DNA of 35,431 nt from an uncultured archaeon (GTDB lineage: Archaea; Asgardarchaeota; Lokiarchaeia; Sigyniarchaeales; SOKP01): assembly GCA_964583985.1 (NCBI GenBank), contig CAZOYD010000001.1, forward strand, positions 1 through 35,431, given 5' to 3'. Numbering within the stretch: position 1 is the first letter of the stretch; every line of letters begins with the position of its first letter. The notes beneath the pieces were generated by a model. That model was not told the DNA's origin. It did not search any database and saw nothing but the letters and a program-made list of their open reading frames with translations. A program made the translations under genes and the position numbers. Of the stretch, positions 28,348-35,431 are shown one piece after another.

Positions 28348-29787
28348 ATGGATCCCTCTTTCATAAAGGAAAATCTTGCTCATTTAGGAGAAACGGAAGC
28401 AAGAAAGCTTCTAGTTGAATGGATCATTAACTCCACTGATCAAACTTCAAGAAAAGATGCTTTAAATCTATTTGCTGGTATTGATAATCATAGATGTTAT
28501 AATTTTTTGGAGCAATTATTCCTCTCAGATGAAAATCTTGAGATTCGGTTTATGGCGAGTAAAATCTTAGCAACTAATTATCCTCATCATGACAAACTAG
28601 TTTCATTATTAACTTTTACACTTAGAGAAGAACCTAATATTGATTTGAAGTTTCTTGCAATTGAAACATTGTATGCAATGGATTCTAAAAGGACAAGAAA
28701 AATTATATTCGAGTTTTTAGACAATATCCTTCTATCAGATCAGAATCAAATGATTAAGGGAATTCTTGAGAAATTTTTAGCTCAATCTGATGGAGAATGC
28801 ACCTTGACTGAAGAGATCTTGGAATATTGTTATAACTTTATATTACGCGAATTTTATGTGAATCAATGCAATTTTTATGCAGTAATGAGAGATGGATTCA
28901 TTATTCTTTTGAATGTTGAGAATGCAAGATTATCGAATTTTTCTCAGATTCAAGGATTATCAAAATTAACTCATTTAGAACATTTTCTATTGAAGAACAA
29001 TCACATTAGCAGGATTGAAGGCATAGAATTTCTGAGAAATTTGAAGATTTTAAACCTATCATTTAATAATATAACTGAGATAAAAATCCCTAAAACATTG
29101 ATTGATCTGGAGGAATTATATCTTTCCTCGAATAGAATCAAGGAGATTAAGAATCTTCAGCATTTACGGAACTTGAGAAAATTGTTTCTTGACCATAACC
29201 AGATATCTCACATTGAAAACCTAAATGCTTTAAATAAATTAACGAACTTAAACTTAAATGATAATGAATTAAAGGAAATAAACGATTTAAATGAATTAGA
29301 GAGTTTAAATCACTTGAATTTAGCTTCAAATATAATTGAGAATATAGAAGGATTGCAAAATTTGAAAAGACTCACTTCTTTATATCTCAATGATAATAAG
29401 CTTACTCAAATAACTAATTTAAGAGGTTTAACAAGATTAAAAGTTCTAAGTTTATCTAATAATTTCTTGAGTAGAATAGAAAATCTTGAAGATCTTGTAA
29501 AGTTGACAAAATTAGAGATTTCTAATAATAGAATCAAGAAAATTGAAGGACTAAATCATCTCATAAACCTCCAAGAACTATTTATCGATGGTAATCTAAT
29601 TGAGAAGTTTGAAGGATTAGAAAATTTAAAAAATTTGATAATTTTATTTCTCGATCACAATGAAATATCCGAATTTAGCGAAAAACATGTTCAAACCATG
29701 AAAAATTTAAATTTTATTTTTTTAAATAACAACCCACTAAACTCCCAGAGTTTATTAGAATATCGAAAAAGATGTAAATTTCCGTAG
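28348..29787 (+). CDS. HEAT-like N-terminus plus SDS22-type leucine-rich repeat protein
   Basis: About 11-12 repeats of LxxLxLxxNxIxxIExLxxLxx with 22-residue periodicity. Confidence 0.9.
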   Translation: MDPSFIKENLAHLGETEARKLLVEWIINSTDQTSRKDALNLFAGIDNHRCYNFLEQLFLSDENLEIRFMASKILATNYPHHDKLVSLLTFTLREEPNIDLKFLAIETLYAMDSKRTRKIIFEFLDNILLSDQNQMIKGILEKFLAQSDGECTLTEEILEYCYNFILREFYVNQCNFYAVMRDGFIILLNVENARLSNFSQIQGLSKLTHLEHFLLKNNHISRIEGIEFLRNLKILNLSFNNITEIKIPKTLIDLEELYLSSNRIKEIKNLQHLRNLRKLFLDHNQISHIENLNALNKLTNLNLNDNELKEINDLNELESLNHLNLASNIIENIEGLQNLKRLTSLYLNDNKLTQITNLRGLTRLKVLSLSNNFLSRIENLEDLVKLTKLEISNNRIKKIEGLNHLINLQELFIDGNLIEKFEGLENLKNLIILFLDHNEISEFSEKHVQTMKNLNFIFLNNNPLNSQSLLEYRKRCKFP

Positions 29788-29796
29788 TAATTTCCA

Positions 29797-30366
29797 TCAG
29801 AACTCAGAATTTTTTAAATAGTCATCGATCCAGAGTTCCATTAGAATTTCATCGTAATATTTACCCTCCATGTAGAATTGTCTTTTTCTAACTCCAACTT
29901 CTTTAAAACCAATTCTCTGGTAGAGTTTAAGGGCTCTTTCATTATTCAGGAAGCTTGAAAGGATTATTTTTTCCTTATAATTTAATTTTCTTGACTCTCG
30001 AATTGCTACGTCAATTAGATGATATCCTATTCCTAGATCTCTAAATTCCTTTTTAACAATAATTCCCAAGCGACCTACGTGATTAGCAGCATCCCATTCC
30101 AGATTAGATATTTCACATTGCCCGATAACTGCTTGTGATCCCTTTACCAGTGGATTTATTGCCACGATACAGATTTCTTTATCGCGTTTTAACGTGTTAT
30201 ACCAATTTTGTTTCTCAAATTGAGATCTGACGGGAAAGAATACGGGTAAATAGATACCTTCATCCACTACTTCATTAAAATTATTCCAAACCCCATCAGT
30301 ATCTGATTCTCTAACGTGACGAATGAGTATTTCTTCTCCGTTTTTGATCGCTATAACCTTTTTCAT
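29797..30366 (-). CDS. GNAT/RimL-type N-acetyltransferase
   Basis: FRDLGIG acetyl-CoA motif, NERALKLYQRIGF, YYDEILM. Confidence 0.9.
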   Translation of the reverse strand: MKKVIAIKNGEEILIRHVRESDTDGVWNNFNEVVDEGIYLPVFFPVRSQFEKQNWYNTLKRDKEICIVAINPLVKGSQAVIGQCEISNLEWDAANHVGRLGIIVKKEFRDLGIGYHLIDVAIRESRKLNYKEKIILSSFLNNERALKLYQRIGFKEVGVRKRQFYMEGKYYDEILMELWIDDYLKNSEF

Positions 30367-30411
30367 TAGGTGAATAAAAATTTTTATAATTAAATTCCTT
30401 ATGATAATATT

Positions 30412-30873
30412 ATGGTCGATGAAAATGATGCGGAAAATTCAAGAAAAGAGCAGGAAGAAAAGGAGAAAATCGGAGAATACATCGCAAAAGCTATGGAAGG
30501 AAAAAAGAAGGCCGTAGCTAAAGATTTAGTTCAATTATCGCATGTAGAAGTAAAAAAGCAAGAGTTAAGCAAAGATACTCTTAACCTAGCTCAAACATTA
30601 CGAGATCAACTCGTGCAACATGATCAATTTGAGATCCTTTCTAATGATGAGATTACGATTCTTGAATCATTCAATGGCAAAAGATTATTTTTAACGCGAA
30701 TTGCTATCGTGGTTAATCAAAGTAGAGTTCCTTTAGGAATCGAACCTTTCAAGAAAGCAGAATTAGAGAAATTATTATATAGTCTTATTTCTAAAGGTTA
30801 TATTAAATCAGAGAAAGTAGGAGATAATGAAGTTTATTTTCTTACTGAACGTGGAAATTATCGCGTCCAGTGA
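30412..30873 (+). CDS. hypothetical protein with a C-terminal winged helix
   Basis: LEKLLYSLISKGYI...YFLTERG winged-helix signature. Confidence 0.75.
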   Translation: MVDENDAENSRKEQEEKEKIGEYIAKAMEGKKKAVAKDLVQLSHVEVKKQELSKDTLNLAQTLRDQLVQHDQFEILSNDEITILESFNGKRLFLTRIAIVVNQSRVPLGIEPFKKAELEKLLYSLISKGYIKSEKVGDNEVYFLTERGNYRVQ

Positions 30874-30882
30874 GTTTTTTGA

Positions 30883-31194
30883 TCAATCCTTTTTTAAAAT
30901 TAATTTACTTATCGGAATATCTTGAAATTCTCCATTAGGCATTTCACGTCTCAAAGTTAGAGGGAGAATTTTAGATTTTAATTCGGCTAATGCAATTTTA
31001 ATGGGATCAATAAGGTTTTTAGGCTTTTCTATCAAGATAGGTGCTCCAAAACTTATTTGTAGTGCTCTAGCACCAACAATACGGGCTTTTTCATACCTTG
31101 TGAGAAAAATAGAGCCTATTTTGACATATTCCTTTACTTCTCTATATTTATTTCTTAATTCACGAGATTCTATAAAAGATGACATAATGTTCAT
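30883..31194 (-). CDS. rpoK: DNA-directed RNA polymerase subunit Rpo6/K
   Basis: [35 protein letters not shown]. Start may be ATG 31185. Confidence 0.94.
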   Translation of the reverse strand: MNIMSSFIESRELRNKYREVKEYVKIGSIFLTRYEKARIVGARALQISFGAPILIEKPKNLIDPIKIALAELKSKILPLTLRREMPNGEFQDIPISKLILKKD

Positions 31195-31316
31195 AAAAAG
31201 AGGTAATTAGTTGATTAAATAATCGATAGAATAAAACTTTTTGGATTATATTTGAGATAAGAGGAAATCACATTTTTTAAAAAATGGTGCGCGGAGGGAG
31301 ATTCGAACTCCCGACC

Positions 31317-31347
31317 TTCGTTAATTTTGAATTAAATATTCAATATA
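31317..31347 (-). other. tRNA intron 2 (31 nt, about position 44/45)
   Basis: Central helix CGUG/AACG (3 of 4 pairs), inner stem TTGAAT/ATTCAA, ends in AA. Boundary ambiguous by 1 nt with the same product. Confidence 0.8.
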
Positions 31348-31363
31348 TACACGGTGTGAGCGT

Positions 31364-31391
31364 TTAACGTTTTTATATGAGATATAAAAAA
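31364..31391 (-). other. tRNA intron 1 (28 nt, position 28/29)
   Basis: Central helix AACG/CGUU, bulge AC|U, 9-bp stem TTTTTATAT/ATATAAAAA, 3' junction AA|A. Confidence 0.88.
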
Positions 31392-31558
31392 GTCGTTATA
31401 CCAGGCTAAACCATCCGCGCTTTTTTTTGTTCGGTTTAAAATATGATTTTCCTATTTATTAAAAAGTTATTAATCGAATTTAAGAGATTCTAAAGACTCA
31501 CTATCTATATTAGATCGATAAAATAAATATATCTACAAACTACTTGGAATAATCATGA

Positions 31559-33886
31559 TTGGTGATTACGTTATCTGAGAAATTTCTATCTCATCCACTT
31601 TTAAAAGAGAATACGGTTCTTAGACGTGCTTACCAAGAAGATATCTTTATTAATTGCTTAAACAAAAATTGTCTCGTTGTAATTCCAACGGGATTAGGTA
31701 AGACAATAGTAGCTCTCATGTTAGCCATACATAGACTTTCTGAAATTCCTGATTCCAAGATCGTTTTTTTAGCACCAACCAAACCATTGGTTGATCAACA
31801 TTATAAATCATTCATGGAATTGACAAAGATTGATAATGAAAGCTTACAATCAATAACTGGAACTACTCCTCCTGATAAAAGAAAAGTGTTGTGGAACGAT
31901 ATTAAAATTGCTTTTATGACTCCACAAGTATTGCAAAATGACTTAATTTCTAATATGTATTCGATCCAAGATGTTGCTTTGATTATTTTTGATGAGTGCC
32001 ATCGTGCAATTGGTGATTACGCTTATTGTTTTATAGCTCAGAAGTACATGGAATTATCAAAATCACCTCAGATTTTAGGATTAACTGCAAGCCCTGGATC
32101 AACAGAATTAAAAATAAACGAAATTAAATCGAACCTTTTTATTGACCACATTGAGATTAGAACGGATTCTGATAAAGATGTTAAACCTTACATTCAGAAG
32201 GTAGATAATGAATGGATCAAGATTCCTTTACCACCTGAATATATAGAAATTAAGAAACTCATCGTTGAAAAATTGAAAAAAGTCTATAAATTTCTTAAAA
32301 ATAGGGATTTATTGAATTCTTCTGATGTAAACAAGGTTTCTCGAAAAGATTTATTGAAATTAGATAAATTGATAAACAAAAGAATTTCTTCAACAAGAGA
32401 TGATGAAGCCAAATATGAGATGTTCATAGCCAAAAAACATAATGCTAATGCCATTCGGTTATCTCATATTGATGAATTGCTTGAAACTCAAGGAGTTAAT
32501 GCCCTTAAAGATTATATAGATAAGAATATTGCGAAAATAAAATCACGAACGGCGAATAAATCCTTAATCGAGTTATTTTCGGATTATGATTTTAAAAAAG
32601 TTATAGAATTAGTAGATATTGCGCAAGAAAATGGATTGGTGCATCCAAAATTAATTAAATTGAAAGAACTATTACATAATCAGATATGTGAAAATCAAGA
32701 ATCACGTATTTTAGTGTTTTGCCATTATCGAGATTCAGTAAAAAATATAGTCCAATATCTCAATAATGATCCTGAGATTAAAGCACACAAATTTGTCGGA
32801 CAACGCTCAAATGCTACAGATAAAGGCTTAAAACAGAAAGAACAGATAAAATTATTACAAGATTTCAAAGAAGGTATTTATAACACGTTAATAGGAACAA
32901 GTGTAGCAGAGGAAGGTCTTGATATCGCAGAATGTGACATGGTAGTTTTTTATGATGTGGTCCCTAGTGCTGTCAGATCGATTCAAAGAAGGGGTCGTAC
33001 AGGGAGGAAAAAGGAAGGGAAGGTTTTTATTTTAATAGCCGAAGGGACTCGAGATGAGGGATATTATTGGGCAGAAAAACATAAGGAAGAGAGCATGAAC
33101 AGAAATTTAAAAAAACTCAAGGATCCTGATTCGCTTCCTAAGGAACAAGCAAATCTAACTCAATATATTAACACCCCTGCTAAAAATGATTCAACAGAAA
33201 AAGTTATTATTAATTTAAAAGATAGATTTCGAGAAATTGATGATGCAATAGTAATTATTTGCGATACTAGGGAAACAAAATCCCCCGTAGTTAGAAAACT
33301 TTCCTTAATGGATGCTGAGATAAAATTAGAGCAGTTACTTGTTGCTGATTATATTATTTCGGAAAATTGTGGAATTGAAAGAAAAGCAGCTCAAGATTTC
33401 ACGGATTCTATTAAAGATGGTAGGTTGTTTAAGGAATTATTTGAGCTCAAGAATTTTTTTAATCAACCTATTCTAATTCTTGAAGGGGAACTTTTTACAA
33501 CTAGTTTCAATGAAAACGCTTTATATGGAGCGATATCATCAATAATTCTAAATTTAGGAATAAACGTGTATCGTACCGCTGATACCAATGAAACAGCCTC
33601 ATTTATTTATCATTTAGCGAAAAAAGCTCAAATAACTTCTAAAAGCGATTTTAAAATTAGATTTGAAAAAAAACCTTTTGATGATTCTGAATTATTAGAA
33701 TTTATTATCGCTGGAATTCCAGGTATTAACGCACTGCGAGCTAAAAATCTTTTAATGGAGTTTAAATCACTTCAAGGAATTTTTAATGCCGAAATCGATG
33801 ATTTGATTAAAGCTGAAAAGATTGGAAAGAAAATTGCAGAAGAAATTTTTAGAGTAAGTAGATATGAATATGATAAAGAGTTTTAA
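31559..33886 (+). CDS. hef: Hef (FANCM/XPF-like) helicase-nuclease
   Basis: PTGLGKT, DECH, TASPG, SVAEEGLDI, QRRGRTGR; ERCC4 nuclease DTRE/ADY/ERKAAQD; C-terminal HhH (IPGIN). Confidence 0.94.
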   Translation: MVITLSEKFLSHPLLKENTVLRRAYQEDIFINCLNKNCLVVIPTGLGKTIVALMLAIHRLSEIPDSKIVFLAPTKPLVDQHYKSFMELTKIDNESLQSITGTTPPDKRKVLWNDIKIAFMTPQVLQNDLISNMYSIQDVALIIFDECHRAIGDYAYCFIAQKYMELSKSPQILGLTASPGSTELKINEIKSNLFIDHIEIRTDSDKDVKPYIQKVDNEWIKIPLPPEYIEIKKLIVEKLKKVYKFLKNRDLLNSSDVNKVSRKDLLKLDKLINKRISSTRDDEAKYEMFIAKKHNANAIRLSHIDELLETQGVNALKDYIDKNIAKIKSRTANKSLIELFSDYDFKKVIELVDIAQENGLVHPKLIKLKELLHNQICENQESRILVFCHYRDSVKNIVQYLNNDPEIKAHKFVGQRSNATDKGLKQKEQIKLLQDFKEGIYNTLIGTSVAEEGLDIAECDMVVFYDVVPSAVRSIQRRGRTGRKKEGKVFILIAEGTRDEGYYWAEKHKEESMNRNLKKLKDPDSLPKEQANLTQYINTPAKNDSTEKVIINLKDRFREIDDAIVIICDTRETKSPVVRKLSLMDAEIKLEQLLVADYIISENCGIERKAAQDFTDSIKDGRLFKELFELKNFFNQPILILEGELFTTSFNENALYGAISSIILNLGINVYRTADTNETASFIYHLAKKAQITSKSDFKIRFEKKPFDDSELLEFIIAGIPGINALRAKNLLMEFKSLQGIFNAEIDDLIKAEKIGKKIAEEIFRVSRYEYDKEF

Positions 33887-33988
33887 GAAATATAACATTT
33901 TTAAATGTATAAGATTGATAAAAATATTTAACCATTACATTTTATATAATATTATAACTGAATTGAATTCTATATCACAAATAAGTTA

Positions 33989-34635
33989 ATAACTGGTGAA
34001 AATAAAATTATAAAATTTAAGGTTGTAGTCGCCGGAGCTAAAAGATAAATTTATTTCCGAATATCTCGGTTATTTAGTAAGATGTAGGGAAGACCTCCCT
34101 CATAAGGCGATATGCAACTGGTAAATTCGATAAATCAACGCTATCTACAATTGGAGTGGATTTTGAAACGAAGAAAGTGGTTGTAGATGGAACTGAGATC
34201 CTCCTAAACATCTGGGATTTCGCAGGTGAAAAGAAATTTAGGGAATTAATTCCTTCCTATGTATCGGGTGCTTCTGGAGCTTTAATATTATATGATCTTT
34301 CTAATAAAGAATCATTAGAGGATTTATATGATTGGATAAAAGTAATTGCTTCAATTCCGAATAGCCCAAAAACAAAGATATTAATTGAGGCGAAGATTGA
34401 CTTGGAAGATCAGAGAGAAATTAAAAAAGAAGATGCTAAAAAATTCTTCGAAAACCATAATTTCCAAGGGGATATTATAGGAGTATCCTCTAAAACGGGT
34501 GAAAACGTAGAATTAGCATTTGAGACGCTTGGTCGCGAAATTTTGAAGAGCTCATTGAAAAAATGCGTCAATTGTGGAAAATTCTACCCTCTTGAATTAA
34601 AATATTGTCAATATTGTGGTCAAAAAACACTCTAA
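33989..34635 (+). CDS. Rab-like small GTPase with a C-terminal zinc ribbon; interrupted gene, join(~33989..34042,34081..34635)
   Basis: Joined frame reads KFKVVVAGAK|DVGKTSLIRRYATGKFDKSTLSTIGVDF...IWDFAGE...AKID...SSK, then CxxC-x10-CxxC. No ATG/GTG/TTG in frame in exon 1; ATA 33989 is the assumed start. Confidence 0.8.
34043..34080 (+). other. putative 38-nt bulge-helix-bulge-type mRNA intron
   Basis: Central helix GCUA(34037-40)/UAGU(34075-78), junctions AA|A and AA|G, stems GAUAA/UUAUU and CCGA/UCGG; in-frame TAA at 34046-48. Confidence 0.78.
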
Positions 34636-34775
34636 ATACAAAACAATGTTCAAATAACGATACCATTTCCTTTATTCATAATCTGTCTTAATTGCCTGTT
34701 TTTGATTGATAAATTTAATAATACCATATTAATTTTAGTAAGATAAAAATTAGATATAAATTGCGTTGATATAGC

Positions 34776-35431
34776 ATGGGTTATCATATAGAAGACGATA
34801 TCAGTGAAATTAATAACCGTCTTGAAAAGGAAAGCATCTCATTTAAAGATAAAATAATTTTAGTAAGTGGTGGTGCCGGTTTTTTAGGTTCTTGGGTTTG
34901 TGACGTCTTAATCAAGCAAGGAGCAATATGTGTATGTATAGATAATTTGAGTTCCGGTTCTTTTAGCAATATATTGCACCTAATGGATAAAAAGAACTTT
35001 CGATTTATCAATCATGATATCTCTAAACCCATATATTTTGGTTTCAGTAACTATCCCAATAGTGTATGCATCGGGGATATTAAAAAAATTGATATAGTAA
35101 TGCACATGGCTAGCAGAGCTTCACCCTTTGAATTTAAGGAGCATCCAATATCAATACTAAAAAGCAATACTTTAGGGACAATGAACGCACTAGGAATTGC
35201 AAAAGCACACAACGCCATATTTTTTTATACCAGTACATCAGAAACATATGGAAATCCCCCCGATGAAGCGATTCCAACTCCTGAGACTTATTTTGGTAAT
35301 GTTAACCCTGTAGGTCCCAGAAGTTGTTACGATGAATCTAAGCGTGCTGGAGAAGCTTTCGTCAAGGCTTATGAACTGCAGCATAAAATTAGAACAAAAA
35401 TTGTGAGGATTTTTAATACTTCAGGGCCTCG
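34776..35431 (+). CDS. UDP-glucuronate decarboxylase-like NAD-dependent epimerase/dehydratase (partial, runs off the right edge), not in the ORF track
   Basis: SGGAGFLGS, IDNLSSG, HMASRASP, TSTSETYG, GNVNPVGPRSCYDESKR, RIFNT. Confidence 0.92.
   Translation, partial: MGYHIEDDISEINNRLEKESISFKDKIILVSGGAGFLGSWVCDVLIKQGAICVCIDNLSSGSFSNILHLMDKKNFRFINHDISKPIYFGFSNYPNSVCIGDIKKIDIVMHMASRASPFEFKEHPISILKSNTLGTMNALGIAKAHNAIFFYTSTSETYGNPPDEAIPTPETYFGNVNPVGPRSCYDESKRAGEAFVKAYELQHKIRTKIVRIFNTSGP

Larger units (their letters stand above)
31285..31420 (-). tRNA. tRNA-Val(CAC) with encoded CCA and two introns
   Basis: Acceptor stem GCGCGGA/TCCGCGC+A+CCA; T arm GGGAG-TTCGAAT-CTCCC. After removing both introns: anticodon stem ACACG/CGTGT, loop CT-CAC-AC, variable loop AGGTC, 77 nt. 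Confidence 0.92.

Noticed and set aside
33950-34000. A second upstream intron that would create an ATG for the GTPase
   Set aside because: No BHB-compatible excision that I tried produces an in-frame ATG.
34042-34083. AAGAT direct repeat as a target-site duplication of a mobile insertion
   Set aside because: Removing one repeat plus the spacer deletes 37 nt and leaves the gene out of frame. Only the 38-nt BHB-consistent excision restores the P-loop.
858-35011. Antisense or overlapping ORFs in the track (e.g. 858-1121, 1348-1896, 4368-4622, 6795-7052, 11890-12210, 14911-15354, 18450-18779, 22432-22845, 31001-31210, 34784-35011)
   Set aside because: They are shadows of well-supported genes and carry no motifs.
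35040-35095. In-frame ~12-aa insertion in the epimerase with a TATCCC/GGGATA hairpin as a second mRNA intron
   Set aside because: The BHB registers I tried give 28- or 32-nt excisions, which would frameshift, or need a 4-nt bulge. The frame is already open.
1-35431. CRISPR array, IS element, integrase or prophage
   Set aside because: No regularly spaced repeats, transposase or integrase motifs seen, and no duplicated tRNA 3' end noticed in the window.

Overview
An AT-rich archaeal window whose gene content points to Asgard archaea, most likely Lokiarchaeia: a eukaryote-like actin (lokiactin), two Rab-like small GTPases, a HEAT+LRR protein, PAN, Rpo6/RpoK and Hef. The centre (8.8-25.3 kb) is a large HdrABC-Flx-type electron-bifurcation operon. 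It has three tandem HdrA-MvhD modules (one split, two MvhD copies fused to a winged helix) and a terminal FrhB-like gene, and is preceded by three paralogous 8-Cys microproteins. The main observation is at about 34.0 kb: the Rab-like GTPase gene is interrupted inside its P-loop by a 38-nt insert that folds into an archaeal helix-bulge-helix splicing motif, and precise removal restores GAKDVGKT. This suggests a protein-coding mRNA intron of the tRNA-endonuclease type. A tRNA-Val(CAC) about 2.6 kb away carries two introns of the same relaxed geometry at non-canonical positions (28/29 and 44/45). Signals missed by the ORF track include a synonymously diverged duplicate of the actin 3' end, two paralogous ~30-aa peptides with TACACA repeats upstream of a coiled-coil/RHH protein, and a 57-aa Cys-rich ORF. 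All calls come from reading motifs by eye; no searches were run.
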